From: Verrucomicrobiaceae bacterium
Lineage (GTDB): Bacteria; Verrucomicrobiota; Verrucomicrobiia; Verrucomicrobiales; Akkermansiaceae
DNA length: 64,000 nt
Assembly (NCBI GenBank): GCA_051252135.1
Contig: JBPOGH010000012.1
Coordinates: 1-64,000, forward strand
Reading direction: 5' to 3'
Shown here: positions 29,985 through 38,574 of the stretch, piece by piece
Layout of the letters: each line of letters starts with the position of its first letter
Numbering within the stretch: position 1 is the first letter of the stretch
The notes under the pieces: model-generated
What the model saw: only the letters and a program-made list of their open reading frames with translations
The model's database searches: none
Told to the model about the DNA's origin: nothing
Translations under genes and position numbers: made by a program

Positions 29985-30107
29985 GATGTATCTCTTGCCC
30001 CAACCCTCTAACAATCAGAATGGACGGCAGGAAGAAAGAAACCCTTTTCCACCCTCTTTTTCGTTACCTCTCAGCGGGATTCGTGTATTTCTTATGCGTC
30101 TTCCCCA

Positions 30108-32285
30108 ATGGACGATCCCAAACCCATGAGCAGCCCCATTCAAGTTCGTTCCCTTGAGCGCCTCCCAAAGGAGGGGTCCATCGTCATCCCCGGCCGCCTC
30201 AACGCCGCCCAAGCAGCCAAACTCGTTGAAACCCTCTCCGGTCGCACCATCACCTGGCTTGCCGAAGACTCCACCGCCCTGGACCCCACCCTGGAATCCT
30301 TCCTCCAGCAAAGCGGCTTCGGAGGATCCGCATTTTCAAAATCCGATTCGTCCCTCTCCGAGGTCGGCCAAACCTTGAAAAAGAAACTCGAAGGCAATGG
30401 CGTCCTCGTCTTCGCACCCGGAAAAGCCACCGCACGCCCCGCCACCTCCTGCCAAATCCCCTCCGATACCCTCAAAGCCCTCTGCTCCCTCGCCCTCCCC
30501 ATCACTCCCGTCGATATCTCGGTCCCCTCGGAGTGCAGCCTCTCCATCGAAAACTCCGCCAAGCTTCCCGCCGCCGTTCTCACTTTCGGCCAGCCCATCA
30601 AGGCCGCAGACACCTCCGTCGCAGCCTACCGCGAATCCCTCCTTGGCGCAGCCGAAGAAGCATTCTCCTCCCGCGATTTCTTCAATGGTTCCCTCCCCGT
30701 CGCCCTCCTTCAGGGCCTCAAAAAACACGGAGCATCCACCACCCTCTTCGACGGCACAGACGACTCCGAGCTCCCCTTCGACAAAATCCTCGGTGCCTCC
30801 ATCGCCCTTTCCAAGGAAATCAAAGCCGCCACCAAAAAGGAACGCGTCGGCATCCTCCTTCCCCCCGGTAAAGGTGGCATGGTCGCCAACCTCGCCGTCC
30901 TCTTCGCCGGTAAAATCCCCGTAAACCTCAATTTCACCGCTTCCCGGGAAGCCGTCCAATCCAGCATCCGTCAGGCTGATATCGACAAATTTATCACCGC
31001 CGACCCCTTCGTCCGCAAAGTCCCCGACTTCCCCTGGCCGCCCAACCGCGACCTCATCTTCATCGAGCGCGTCCTGCCCCGGATCAAGAAACGCATCATC
31101 AAATGGGTCGTCCTCTCCAAACTCCTTCCCACCTCCGTCCTGGTCAACATCCTCGGAATCGGAAAGAAAAAAGGCGACGACGAAGCCATCCTCCTCTTCA
31201 CCTCCGGCTCCTCCGGCGAACCAAAAGGCGTCCCCCTTTCCCACCGCAACCTCCTTGCCAACGTCACCCAATTTGGCACCCAACTCTGCCTCGCTGAGGA
31301 CGCCAAGCTCCTCGGCTGCCTCCCCCTCTTCCACTCCCTCGGCTGCACCGTCACCCTCTGGTTCCCCGTCATCGAAGGACTGGACCTCGTCACCTACCCA
31401 AGCCCGCTCGAGAACAAACGCCTCGCCGAGCTCATCGAAAAGCACAAGGTCGACCTCCTCCTCGCTACCCCCACCTTCCTCCGTGGCTACATGCGCCGCA
31501 TCGAGCCCGAACAACTCGCCTCCCTCAAGCTCGTCATCGCCGGTGCCGAAAAACTCCCCAATAACCTCGCCAACTCCTTCGAGGACAAGTTCGGCAAACT
31601 CCCCATGGAAGGCTACGGCCTCACCGAGACCTCCCCGGGCTCAAACGTCAACCTCCCCCTCGACGACCCCGGCGACGGCACCCCCCTCATCCCCGCCCAC
31701 CGCTTCGGCTCCGTCGGACCTCCCCTTCCCGGTGTCGCCATGAAGATCACCAACCCCGCCACCGAAAAACCCGCACGCCTCGACGAGTCCGGCATCATCT
31801 GGCTCAAAGGTGCCAACATTTTCAAAGGCTACCTCAACAAACCCGAACTCAGCGATGACGTCCTCAAAGACGGCTGGTTCAAAACCGGTGACGTCGGCCG
31901 CGTCGATGACGATGGCTTCCTTTACATCGAAGGCCGCATCTCCCGCTTCTCCAAAATCGCCGGCGAAATGGTCCCCCACGAAACGGTCGAAGCCGCCGTC
32001 AACAAAGTCCTCGGACTCGATAACGAATCCGAGCGTAAGATCGCCATCGTCGGAGTCCCCGATGACAAAAAAGGCGAAGCCATCCTCCTCCTCTCCACCA
32101 TCGCCGGCGAAGCACTCGAACAGGAAGCACTCGACATCCGCTACAAGCTCCTCGACGACGGCCTCCCCTCACTCTGGTGCCCCAAGGTCATCCTTCCCGT
32201 CGACCACATCCCCGTCCTCGCTTCCGGAAAACTCGACATCAAGGCCTGCGAAAACCTCGTCGCTGAACTCCGCCCCAATGGGTAG
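30108..32285 (+). CDS. Aas-like acyl-ACP synthetase (AMP-binding) with degenerate acyltransferase-like N-domain
   Basis: Motifs FTSGSSGEPKG, EGYGLTE, TGD, RFSKIAGEMV and SGKLD. Confidence 0.88.
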   Translation: MDDPKPMSSPIQVRSLERLPKEGSIVIPGRLNAAQAAKLVETLSGRTITWLAEDSTALDPTLESFLQQSGFGGSAFSKSDSSLSEVGQTLKKKLEGNGVLVFAPGKATARPATSCQIPSDTLKALCSLALPITPVDISVPSECSLSIENSAKLPAAVLTFGQPIKAADTSVAAYRESLLGAAEEAFSSRDFFNGSLPVALLQGLKKHGASTTLFDGTDDSELPFDKILGASIALSKEIKAATKKERVGILLPPGKGGMVANLAVLFAGKIPVNLNFTASREAVQSSIRQADIDKFITADPFVRKVPDFPWPPNRDLIFIERVLPRIKKRIIKWVVLSKLLPTSVLVNILGIGKKKGDDEAILLFTSGSSGEPKGVPLSHRNLLANVTQFGTQLCLAEDAKLLGCLPLFHSLGCTVTLWFPVIEGLDLVTYPSPLENKRLAELIEKHKVDLLLATPTFLRGYMRRIEPEQLASLKLVIAGAEKLPNNLANSFEDKFGKLPMEGYGLTETSPGSNVNLPLDDPGDGTPLIPAHRFGSVGPPLPGVAMKITNPATEKPARLDESGIIWLKGANIFKGYLNKPELSDDVLKDGWFKTGDVGRVDDDGFLYIEGRISRFSKIAGEMVPHETVEAAVNKVLGLDNESERKIAIVGVPDDKKGEAILLLSTIAGEALEQEALDIRYKLLDDGLPSLWCPKVILPVDHIPVLASGKLDIKACENLVAELRPNG

Positions 32286-32294
32286 CGGCGGTCT

Positions 32295-33218
32295 ATGACC
32301 GTCGATAATTCCCCCATCCGCTTCGACCAATTCATGGCCGACGCGCTTTACGGCCCGCGCGGATACTACACCTCCCCCCGCCCCATCCTCGGCCACCGGG
32401 GGGATTTCACCACCACCCCGAAGCTCGACCAATCGCTCGCCACCGCCATCGCGGGCTGGATCACCCTCCAATGGAAGGCATTCGGAAAAACCCTCCCCGT
32501 CATCGAGTGCGGCCCGGGAGATGGCACCCTCGCCCGCGACATCCGCGCCGCCCTCCCCTTTCTCAAACGCCGCAAGCTCGACTACCACCTCGTCGAGATC
32601 TCCCCACACCTCCGCCAACGGCAAAAGAAAACCCTCTCCCAAAAAGGCACCTGGCACAGCACCCTCATCGCCGCCCTCGAAACAACCGGCCACCAAGCCC
32701 TCATCATCTCCAACGAATTCTTCGACGCCTTCCCCGTCCGCATCTTCCGAAAAGCCGACCCCGGATTCGAAGAACTCTCCCTCCAGGGCACCGCAGAAAT
32801 CTGGCAAACCCCAACCGCCCTCCCCTCCTCAACCCTCTTCAACCAAGACTGGCCCCTTGGCCAACGCCTCGAGGTCGCCGAATCCATCCGTGAATTCTTC
32901 CACGAGGAACTCTCCTTCTTGGAGACCGGAGCCATCCTCACCATCGACTACGGAGGCACCCCTGAAGAAAACTACCACCGCCGCCCCCTCGGCACCCTCC
33001 GCGCCTACTTCCACCACCAGCTCCTCGCCCCACCCCAAGCCTACCAAAACCCCGGACATCAGGACCTCACCTTCGACGTCAACTTCAATGACCTCATCCA
33101 CTGGGGAAACGAAATAGGCCTCAACAAAACCTCCCTCCATACTCAGGCCGATTTCCTTTCTCAGCCCAACAACCTTCCCCTCCAAGCCTTCAAAGTCCTG
33201 GAACAAACCACCACCTGA
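32295..33218 (+). CDS. SAM-dependent methyltransferase, MidA/NDUFAF7 family (second paralog)
   Basis: FDQFMADALY...GYY, GDFTT, ECGPGDGTLA, SNEFFDAFP, IDYG and QDLTFDVNF. Confidence 0.88.
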   Translation: MTVDNSPIRFDQFMADALYGPRGYYTSPRPILGHRGDFTTTPKLDQSLATAIAGWITLQWKAFGKTLPVIECGPGDGTLARDIRAALPFLKRRKLDYHLVEISPHLRQRQKKTLSQKGTWHSTLIAALETTGHQALIISNEFFDAFPVRIFRKADPGFEELSLQGTAEIWQTPTALPSSTLFNQDWPLGQRLEVAESIREFFHEELSFLETGAILTIDYGGTPEENYHRRPLGTLRAYFHHQLLAPPQAYQNPGHQDLTFDVNFNDLIHWGNEIGLNKTSLHTQADFLSQPNNLPLQAFKVLEQTTT

Positions 33219-33240
33219 ATTCCCTAATCCTCTTCAACCA

Positions 33241-34143
33241 ATGAAATTCGCCATTTGCAACGAGACCTTCCAGGACCGCCCCTTCGAGCAGCAATGCGAA
33301 GCCGCCGCCAGGCTGGGTTATTCCGGCCTTGAAATCGCCCCCTTCACCATCGCGCCGGATAGCGACGCCACCCGCCTCCATCCCTCCGTCGGCGAAGAAC
33401 TCCTCAAGGTAGCAACCAGCTATGGTCTGGAAATCATCGGCCTCCATTGGCTCCTCGCCAAAACCGATCACCTCAATGGCGGACGCGGCTTCCACCTCAC
33501 CAGCCCTGACGACCAACTCCGGTCCGCCACTCTCGACTACACCAGGCACCTCGCCGATCTCTGCCAGGCCATGAATGGAAGCATCATGGTCTGGGGTTCC
33601 CCCCAACAAAGAAGCCTCGAGCCCGGTTGGTCTGCCGATGACGTCACCGAACGCGCCGCCGACCTCTTGCGGGAAGCCGCCGAATACTGCGCCCCGCGAG
33701 GAATCACCATCGCCATGGAGCCACTCGGTCACCCCGAAACAAACTTCCTCACCTCCGCGCGTGAAACCGTGGAACTCCTTAAAAAAGTTGATCACCCGAA
33801 CTGCCGCCTCCACCTCGATGTCAAAGCCATGTCCTATGAGCTCGACGCCCTCACCCCAGTCTCTCCCACACCACACGGCACCACCCCCACCCGGCAGGAG
33901 ACCGATACCAACATGGGAAACATCGTCCGAGAATTCAAAGATCACCTCGCCCACTTCCACGCCAACGATCCCAACCTTCTCGGCCCCGGCATGGGTGACA
34001 TCGATCACACCGCCGTCGCCGCCGCCCTCCACGAAATATCCTACCCCGGCTGGGTTTCGGTCGAAGTCTTCCGCTACGATCCTTCCCCGGAAGAGATCGC
34101 AACTCAATCGTTCCAGTATCTTCAGAAGATTTATGACCGCTGA
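33241..34143 (+). CDS. Sugar phosphate isomerase/epimerase (xylose isomerase-like TIM barrel)
   Basis: Motifs GLEIAPF, MEPL, LHLD, HFHAND and VSVEVF. Confidence 0.9.
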   Translation: MKFAICNETFQDRPFEQQCEAAARLGYSGLEIAPFTIAPDSDATRLHPSVGEELLKVATSYGLEIIGLHWLLAKTDHLNGGRGFHLTSPDDQLRSATLDYTRHLADLCQAMNGSIMVWGSPQQRSLEPGWSADDVTERAADLLREAAEYCAPRGITIAMEPLGHPETNFLTSARETVELLKKVDHPNCRLHLDVKAMSYELDALTPVSPTPHGTTPTRQETDTNMGNIVREFKDHLAHFHANDPNLLGPGMGDIDHTAVAAALHEISYPGWVSVEVFRYDPSPEEIATQSFQYLQKIYDR

Positions 34144-34183
34144 TTTTTGATGCACTCTTTGAGAGGCTCGCTAAATTTAAGCC

Positions 34184-34903
34184 ATGGTATCCAAAATCCT
34201 TTGCCTATTGATCATCGCCCTCGCGCCCCTGGGCGCACTGACTAATCAAAGCCAACAGGCGGTTGTTGCCATATCCTCCGACTGGAACTCGTCATCTGCC
34301 AACCTCTTCCTCTACGAAAAACAAAAGGGCACCTGGGTGAAAATCGCAGGCCCTTGGAAAACCAGACTGGGAAGGACAGGATCCATCTGGGGTCGTGGTA
34401 TTCATCCGGTCCCTGTCGGAGCAGCCACCAAACGGGAAGGCGACAAAAAATCACCCGCCGGCATCTTTTGGATCGGAGGCGCTTGGGGGGACGCACCGGA
34501 TATCAGACGCCATCCCCGCCTTCCGTATCGAAAAGTAACCCCGAACGATCTCTGGGTCGAAGACTCCCAATCCCCCTACTACAACCAACACTTGGTATTA
34601 GAACACTCTCCACGCACGCCTTGGGAAAAAAAGCAGCAAATGAAGCAAAACGACTACGCTCATTCTCTGAAACTTTTCATCGCCCATAACGCCCCGCCAA
34701 AGCCGGTCCCCGGAGCGGGTTCGGCCGTCTTCTTCCACATCTGGCGCGGCGGGGGCTCCAAACCCACCGCAGGATGCACCACCATGTCAGAAGACAAACT
34801 CAAACAACTTGTTGGCTGGATCGACCCAACCAAAAAACCAATCTACATCCTGCTTCCCCAATCGGAATACACCGCTAAACGGGCCATGTGGAAGCTCCCT
34901 TAG
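34184..34903 (+). CDS. L,D-transpeptidase (YkuD-like) family protein
   Basis: Signal peptide, KREGDKKSPAG and GSAVFFHIW...TAGC. Confidence 0.88.
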   Translation: MVSKILCLLIIALAPLGALTNQSQQAVVAISSDWNSSSANLFLYEKQKGTWVKIAGPWKTRLGRTGSIWGRGIHPVPVGAATKREGDKKSPAGIFWIGGAWGDAPDIRRHPRLPYRKVTPNDLWVEDSQSPYYNQHLVLEHSPRTPWEKKQQMKQNDYAHSLKLFIAHNAPPKPVPGAGSAVFFHIWRGGGSKPTAGCTTMSEDKLKQLVGWIDPTKKPIYILLPQSEYTAKRAMWKLP

Positions 34904-36915
34904 TCTTCGTTTCGAGAGCGAAACTGCCTCAACAAATCATCAATCGCGTCCGCATTCTCCGCCAACCGGTCTTGTTGGGAAGGAGGAGGTGCCTGGGCTT
35001 GCCCTTGTGGAGGTCCAAAAGGATTTGGCGGCACCGCCTGGACCGGTTGCTGCTGGGGTTGAACTTGCTGGACTTGTTCCACCATCCCAAACGGACTTTG
35101 GCTTATTGGCGGTGGTCCCTGCGGTGCAGCCGGGGCAGGCTGCGGAGGAGGAACCGGGGAAGGGTTGATCGAAAATGGAGACGCTATCGGAGCTGCTGGC
35201 TGATCGGGCCCTGCCGTAGGTAGCGCTTGCTGATGAGCCGCATCTGATACAGGAGCGTTCGTAAAGGGAGATATCGGAGCCGGATTGGAGGGATAGGCCG
35301 GAACAGCTTCTGCCGGCGACGCGACCGGTTGATGACCAACCGCCTCTTGACGACGGGTGATCCCGGGGATCAATCGCTGAACCGGAAAACGACGTGGCAT
35401 TGTCACCCTCTTTACCGGAGCGGGAGGATACTCGACCTTCGGTGCTTTAACGGCCTCAGCTTCTCTTTCGAATCCCTGATTACCGGTCGATTCCGCTGCT
35501 GCCACCGCAAAAGGACTTGCTTGGGCAAAAGGGTTGGCACCCGGGGTCGGCTGACTCTGAACCGGGGCGGGATTCGCAAAATCCCCACCTTCAAGTTCAT
35601 CGTCCAACAAATCATCATCAATCTTTCGGGAAGGATGGGTTCCAAATCTTGGAGGGCTTACCCCTGCATTCTGATCAGGGTCAGGCGCGACTTCCGATGT
35701 TCCAACTGGCTGTTCGGCTGCCTCCGGAATGTATTCTTCCGATCCTGTGCTCTCCTCTTTTTCTGATTCCTCCCCGCGCGAAGCTGATAACTCGGACACT
35801 TCCTTCGTTGGAATCGCCTCATCTCTTCGATCCCAAAGATCACGCGCTTCCCGCAAGACACCACGGGGATAAAGATGACCGTCCTTGAAATCGATACGGT
35901 CGATAATCTTGGACGCCTCGTCCCCTGCCCGCACAGTGATCAAAGCCTTTGCCTCGTCTTCGGAGAGCGGGTTGAGTCGAACAACCACATCTTCAAGCCG
36001 ATCCCTCAACCCCAATGGCAAACGCGGCACAAACGCCGATTCCCAGACATCATCATTGACTGAAAGGATCACACTCAGGCGAGGTGCCGCCTCCCAAAGA
36101 GAGGTCAAACAACTGGCAGCCCGCAATGCCGCATCCGAATCACTCGAGAGTCCTTCCACTTCATCCAGAACCAGAATCACCGGCTCAACCAAAGTGATCA
36201 GATTTAAGAAGGACCCCAAACCCTCCAGGAATCCCGCTCCCGTGTGGAACCGACTCTTCGGGCCAAAAACCGCATCCATCAAATCTGCGGTCCGCGCCAC
36301 ATCACTTGGAGGCCGTATTGCATAATTGAAAAAGAGATCAGCCCAATAGCCCACATCGCGCCCGGATGTCCCGCTTGCTTTGCTCAGGACCGCAGAGAGC
36401 CGTGGCCCGAGTAAACCAAATTGCTCCCTGCTCCACTGGGCAATGGCCGCCCCCTCATGATGAAAATCAAAAGCTTCCGTCGGTCGATCCCTCAAGCTCA
36501 CCAATGCCCCATCACGATCCTGACAGGGGACTTCTCCGGAATAAACCAAAGGCATCAGACCTTGGGCAAATAAATTGCGGGTATGAAGATCGAGACGCGT
36601 CAATCCACCACCGGCCGGAAGAACCTCGGCCATCAACGTTAAAATTTCTTCGAGGATCACCTCCCCTTCCACACGTCGCCCATCGGCGAGATGAACTGGC
36701 ACAAACAGCGCCTGGGCCTGCCGGGATTGACGAAGGCGCGAGAGCAACATCGTCTTGCCGTAGCCAGCCCGCGGTGCACGTAAGGAAATCAACTGCCCCT
36801 CCCCGCTGTCCAGGAGGTTTGACAACTGCTGAAATTGCTCCTGATGAACTGTCTCAACTAGAGGTCCACGAGGAGGACCAAAAGACTCAAAATTGGATCC
36901 GAAAGGGTTAGGCAT
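34900..36915 (-). CDS. P-loop NTPase with long Pro-rich disordered C-terminus
   Basis: Walker A APRAGYGKT, Walker B ILVLDE, and roughly 300 aa of low-complexity tail. Confidence 0.8.
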   Translation of the reverse strand: MPNPFGSNFESFGPPRGPLVETVHQEQFQQLSNLLDSGEGQLISLRAPRAGYGKTMLLSRLRQSRQAQALFVPVHLADGRRVEGEVILEEILTLMAEVLPAGGGLTRLDLHTRNLFAQGLMPLVYSGEVPCQDRDGALVSLRDRPTEAFDFHHEGAAIAQWSREQFGLLGPRLSAVLSKASGTSGRDVGYWADLFFNYAIRPPSDVARTADLMDAVFGPKSRFHTGAGFLEGLGSFLNLITLVEPVILVLDEVEGLSSDSDAALRAASCLTSLWEAAPRLSVILSVNDDVWESAFVPRLPLGLRDRLEDVVVRLNPLSEDEAKALITVRAGDEASKIIDRIDFKDGHLYPRGVLREARDLWDRRDEAIPTKEVSELSASRGEESEKEESTGSEEYIPEAAEQPVGTSEVAPDPDQNAGVSPPRFGTHPSRKIDDDLLDDELEGGDFANPAPVQSQPTPGANPFAQASPFAVAAAESTGNQGFEREAEAVKAPKVEYPPAPVKRVTMPRRFPVQRLIPGITRRQEAVGHQPVASPAEAVPAYPSNPAPISPFTNAPVSDAAHQQALPTAGPDQPAAPIASPFSINPSPVPPPQPAPAAPQGPPPISQSPFGMVEQVQQVQPQQQPVQAVPPNPFGPPQGQAQAPPPSQQDRLAENADAIDDLLRQFRSRNED

Positions 36916-37002
36916 TTTCAAAACAAGGGGGTTTTCGAAAGCATAAGGACCGAAGTCTGGAGCGACAAGGGTTTACCGCCGGATTTAATATCCTCCCAGT
37001 CC

Positions 37003-38574
37003 TTACTCGCCCGGTTGGGTCAATTCTTTCCACAAATCATCAATCGAATCAACATTCTCCTCGGTCCCCCGATCCAGAATGGGCTCGATCCCGGTCTTCA
37101 CACGGAAATCATCATCGGGAAACTCCGCTGTTCCACCCAGCTTGACATCAATGACCGCAAATCCCCCTTCACGACGGGCGAAACCGGGATGGTTCTTCCA
37201 CTTTGGATCCCCATTGATAAATCCCAAAGAAATCCAAACCCGAAATCTTCCACCTAACTGGCCTTCGGAACTGATGAGAATATCACCCTCCATTCTCAGA
37301 TTCTTGTTCGTCATCTTGAGATTTTCAATCGCCCCTCCCTTTGGAGACCAGCGAAATACACCCGATGCTCCATCACTGAATACGAACTCATCGTCTTGTG
37401 TTTCGGGGAAGAGCCGAAGCAAATCTGCCAAGAGGGGAAATCGCAGAAGCTGAAGATTATCACTCTCAAATGGCAGCACAACCTGATCAAGTTGATCACT
37501 ACCCATGCGATACCGCACCACGCCATCGACATTCCTCACCGATCCCAGAAAAAATTGTCCCAGGTCTTTTCCCACAAGATAATTGACCGGAAAATTATCA
37601 GATGAAATCTCCAACTGCGACACTTCACCGGGAGTAAGCGAAAGTTTTCCCGCAACTAAAATAGAGTGCTCCAGCCCTTTCCCGGCCCTCGCCGGATCTT
37701 GCAAGCGGAGAGAAACCACATCCAACTCACCTGACGGAAACTTAATCAGGCCGTTATCAATTGAGAAATCTTCCCAGCCCTTCAATTGCAGGATTCCGTC
37801 ACCAACCGTAATTCTAAACCCCTCACCCGGGAGATGACGCAAGCTCACCTCGCCCTGTTTCACGCGCGCTTGTCCGTCCTTACCAAAATTGACATCCAAT
37901 CCTTCACAATAGTATCGCTGAAAATCGAAAGGAAATTCACCCGGTTCCAAATCCAGACCGACATCTCCGGAATCTGTCGGCGACTTAAGGGTCAAAGTCC
38001 CGAATTTTGCACCAAAACCCTGCCCTCCAAGACGGCCGCCCAGGAAACTGGTGACATTCACATCACCGGTCAATTTCCGGAGATGTAATGTGTCCAAATG
38101 GGAAGCATCCGGCCAATTGAAATCAGCTTGCTCCACTGAAATACTACCGGGAAATACGGTTGTTTTCGTAAATTCGGTCTCCGCTCCGGTCCAATCTCCA
38201 ATCCTCGTCTCCAACTTCTCTTCGTAGGACTTGGTGTTAAAAGCTAACAACAGGAATAAGCTCCCTAACAAAAATAACAGGAAAACACCAACCGAGAGAC
38301 TCACCTTAACCAATAAGGACTTTTTTTCCTTTTTGGGATCCTTGGCCTCTTTCTCCGGCTGCTCACTCCTCCGCTTTCTCCTACGAACCCTCCGGGCAAC
38401 TGTGCCATCGTCCCTTGTAACGATCTCGCCTTTCTCTTCCTTTTGACGCTCCCCTTCACGAAGGGTCCGCATAATTTCATCCAGGGAATAATTCTCTTGA
38501 GACTCCTGCCCCTCCTCGGGATTGGAATCTGACTCGGGGGAACGGCCTGGTTGCGGAGGCGGTACGTTGGTCAT
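37003..38574 (-). CDS. Hypothetical bitopic protein with beta-rich (AsmA-like?) periplasmic region
   Basis: Charged N-terminus, a single TM and a beta-rich C-terminal domain; abuts the secretin stop. Confidence 0.75.
   Translation of the reverse strand: MTNVPPPQPGRSPESDSNPEEGQESQENYSLDEIMRTLREGERQKEEKGEIVTRDDGTVARRVRRRKRRSEQPEKEAKDPKKEKKSLLVKVSLSVGVFLLFLLGSLFLLLAFNTKSYEEKLETRIGDWTGAETEFTKTTVFPGSISVEQADFNWPDASHLDTLHLRKLTGDVNVTSFLGGRLGGQGFGAKFGTLTLKSPTDSGDVGLDLEPGEFPFDFQRYYCEGLDVNFGKDGQARVKQGEVSLRHLPGEGFRITVGDGILQLKGWEDFSIDNGLIKFPSGELDVVSLRLQDPARAGKGLEHSILVAGKLSLTPGEVSQLEISSDNFPVNYLVGKDLGQFFLGSVRNVDGVVRYRMGSDQLDQVVLPFESDNLQLLRFPLLADLLRLFPETQDDEFVFSDGASGVFRWSPKGGAIENLKMTNKNLRMEGDILISSEGQLGGRFRVWISLGFINGDPKWKNHPGFARREGGFAVIDVKLGGTAEFPDDDFRVKTGIEPILDRGTEENVDSIDDLWKELTQPGE

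Noticed and set aside
33840..33915. Pro/Thr-rich insertion in the TIM-barrel epimerase as an embedded element
   Set aside because: About 20 in-frame codons with no repeat, palindrome or intein features; most likely a variable loop.
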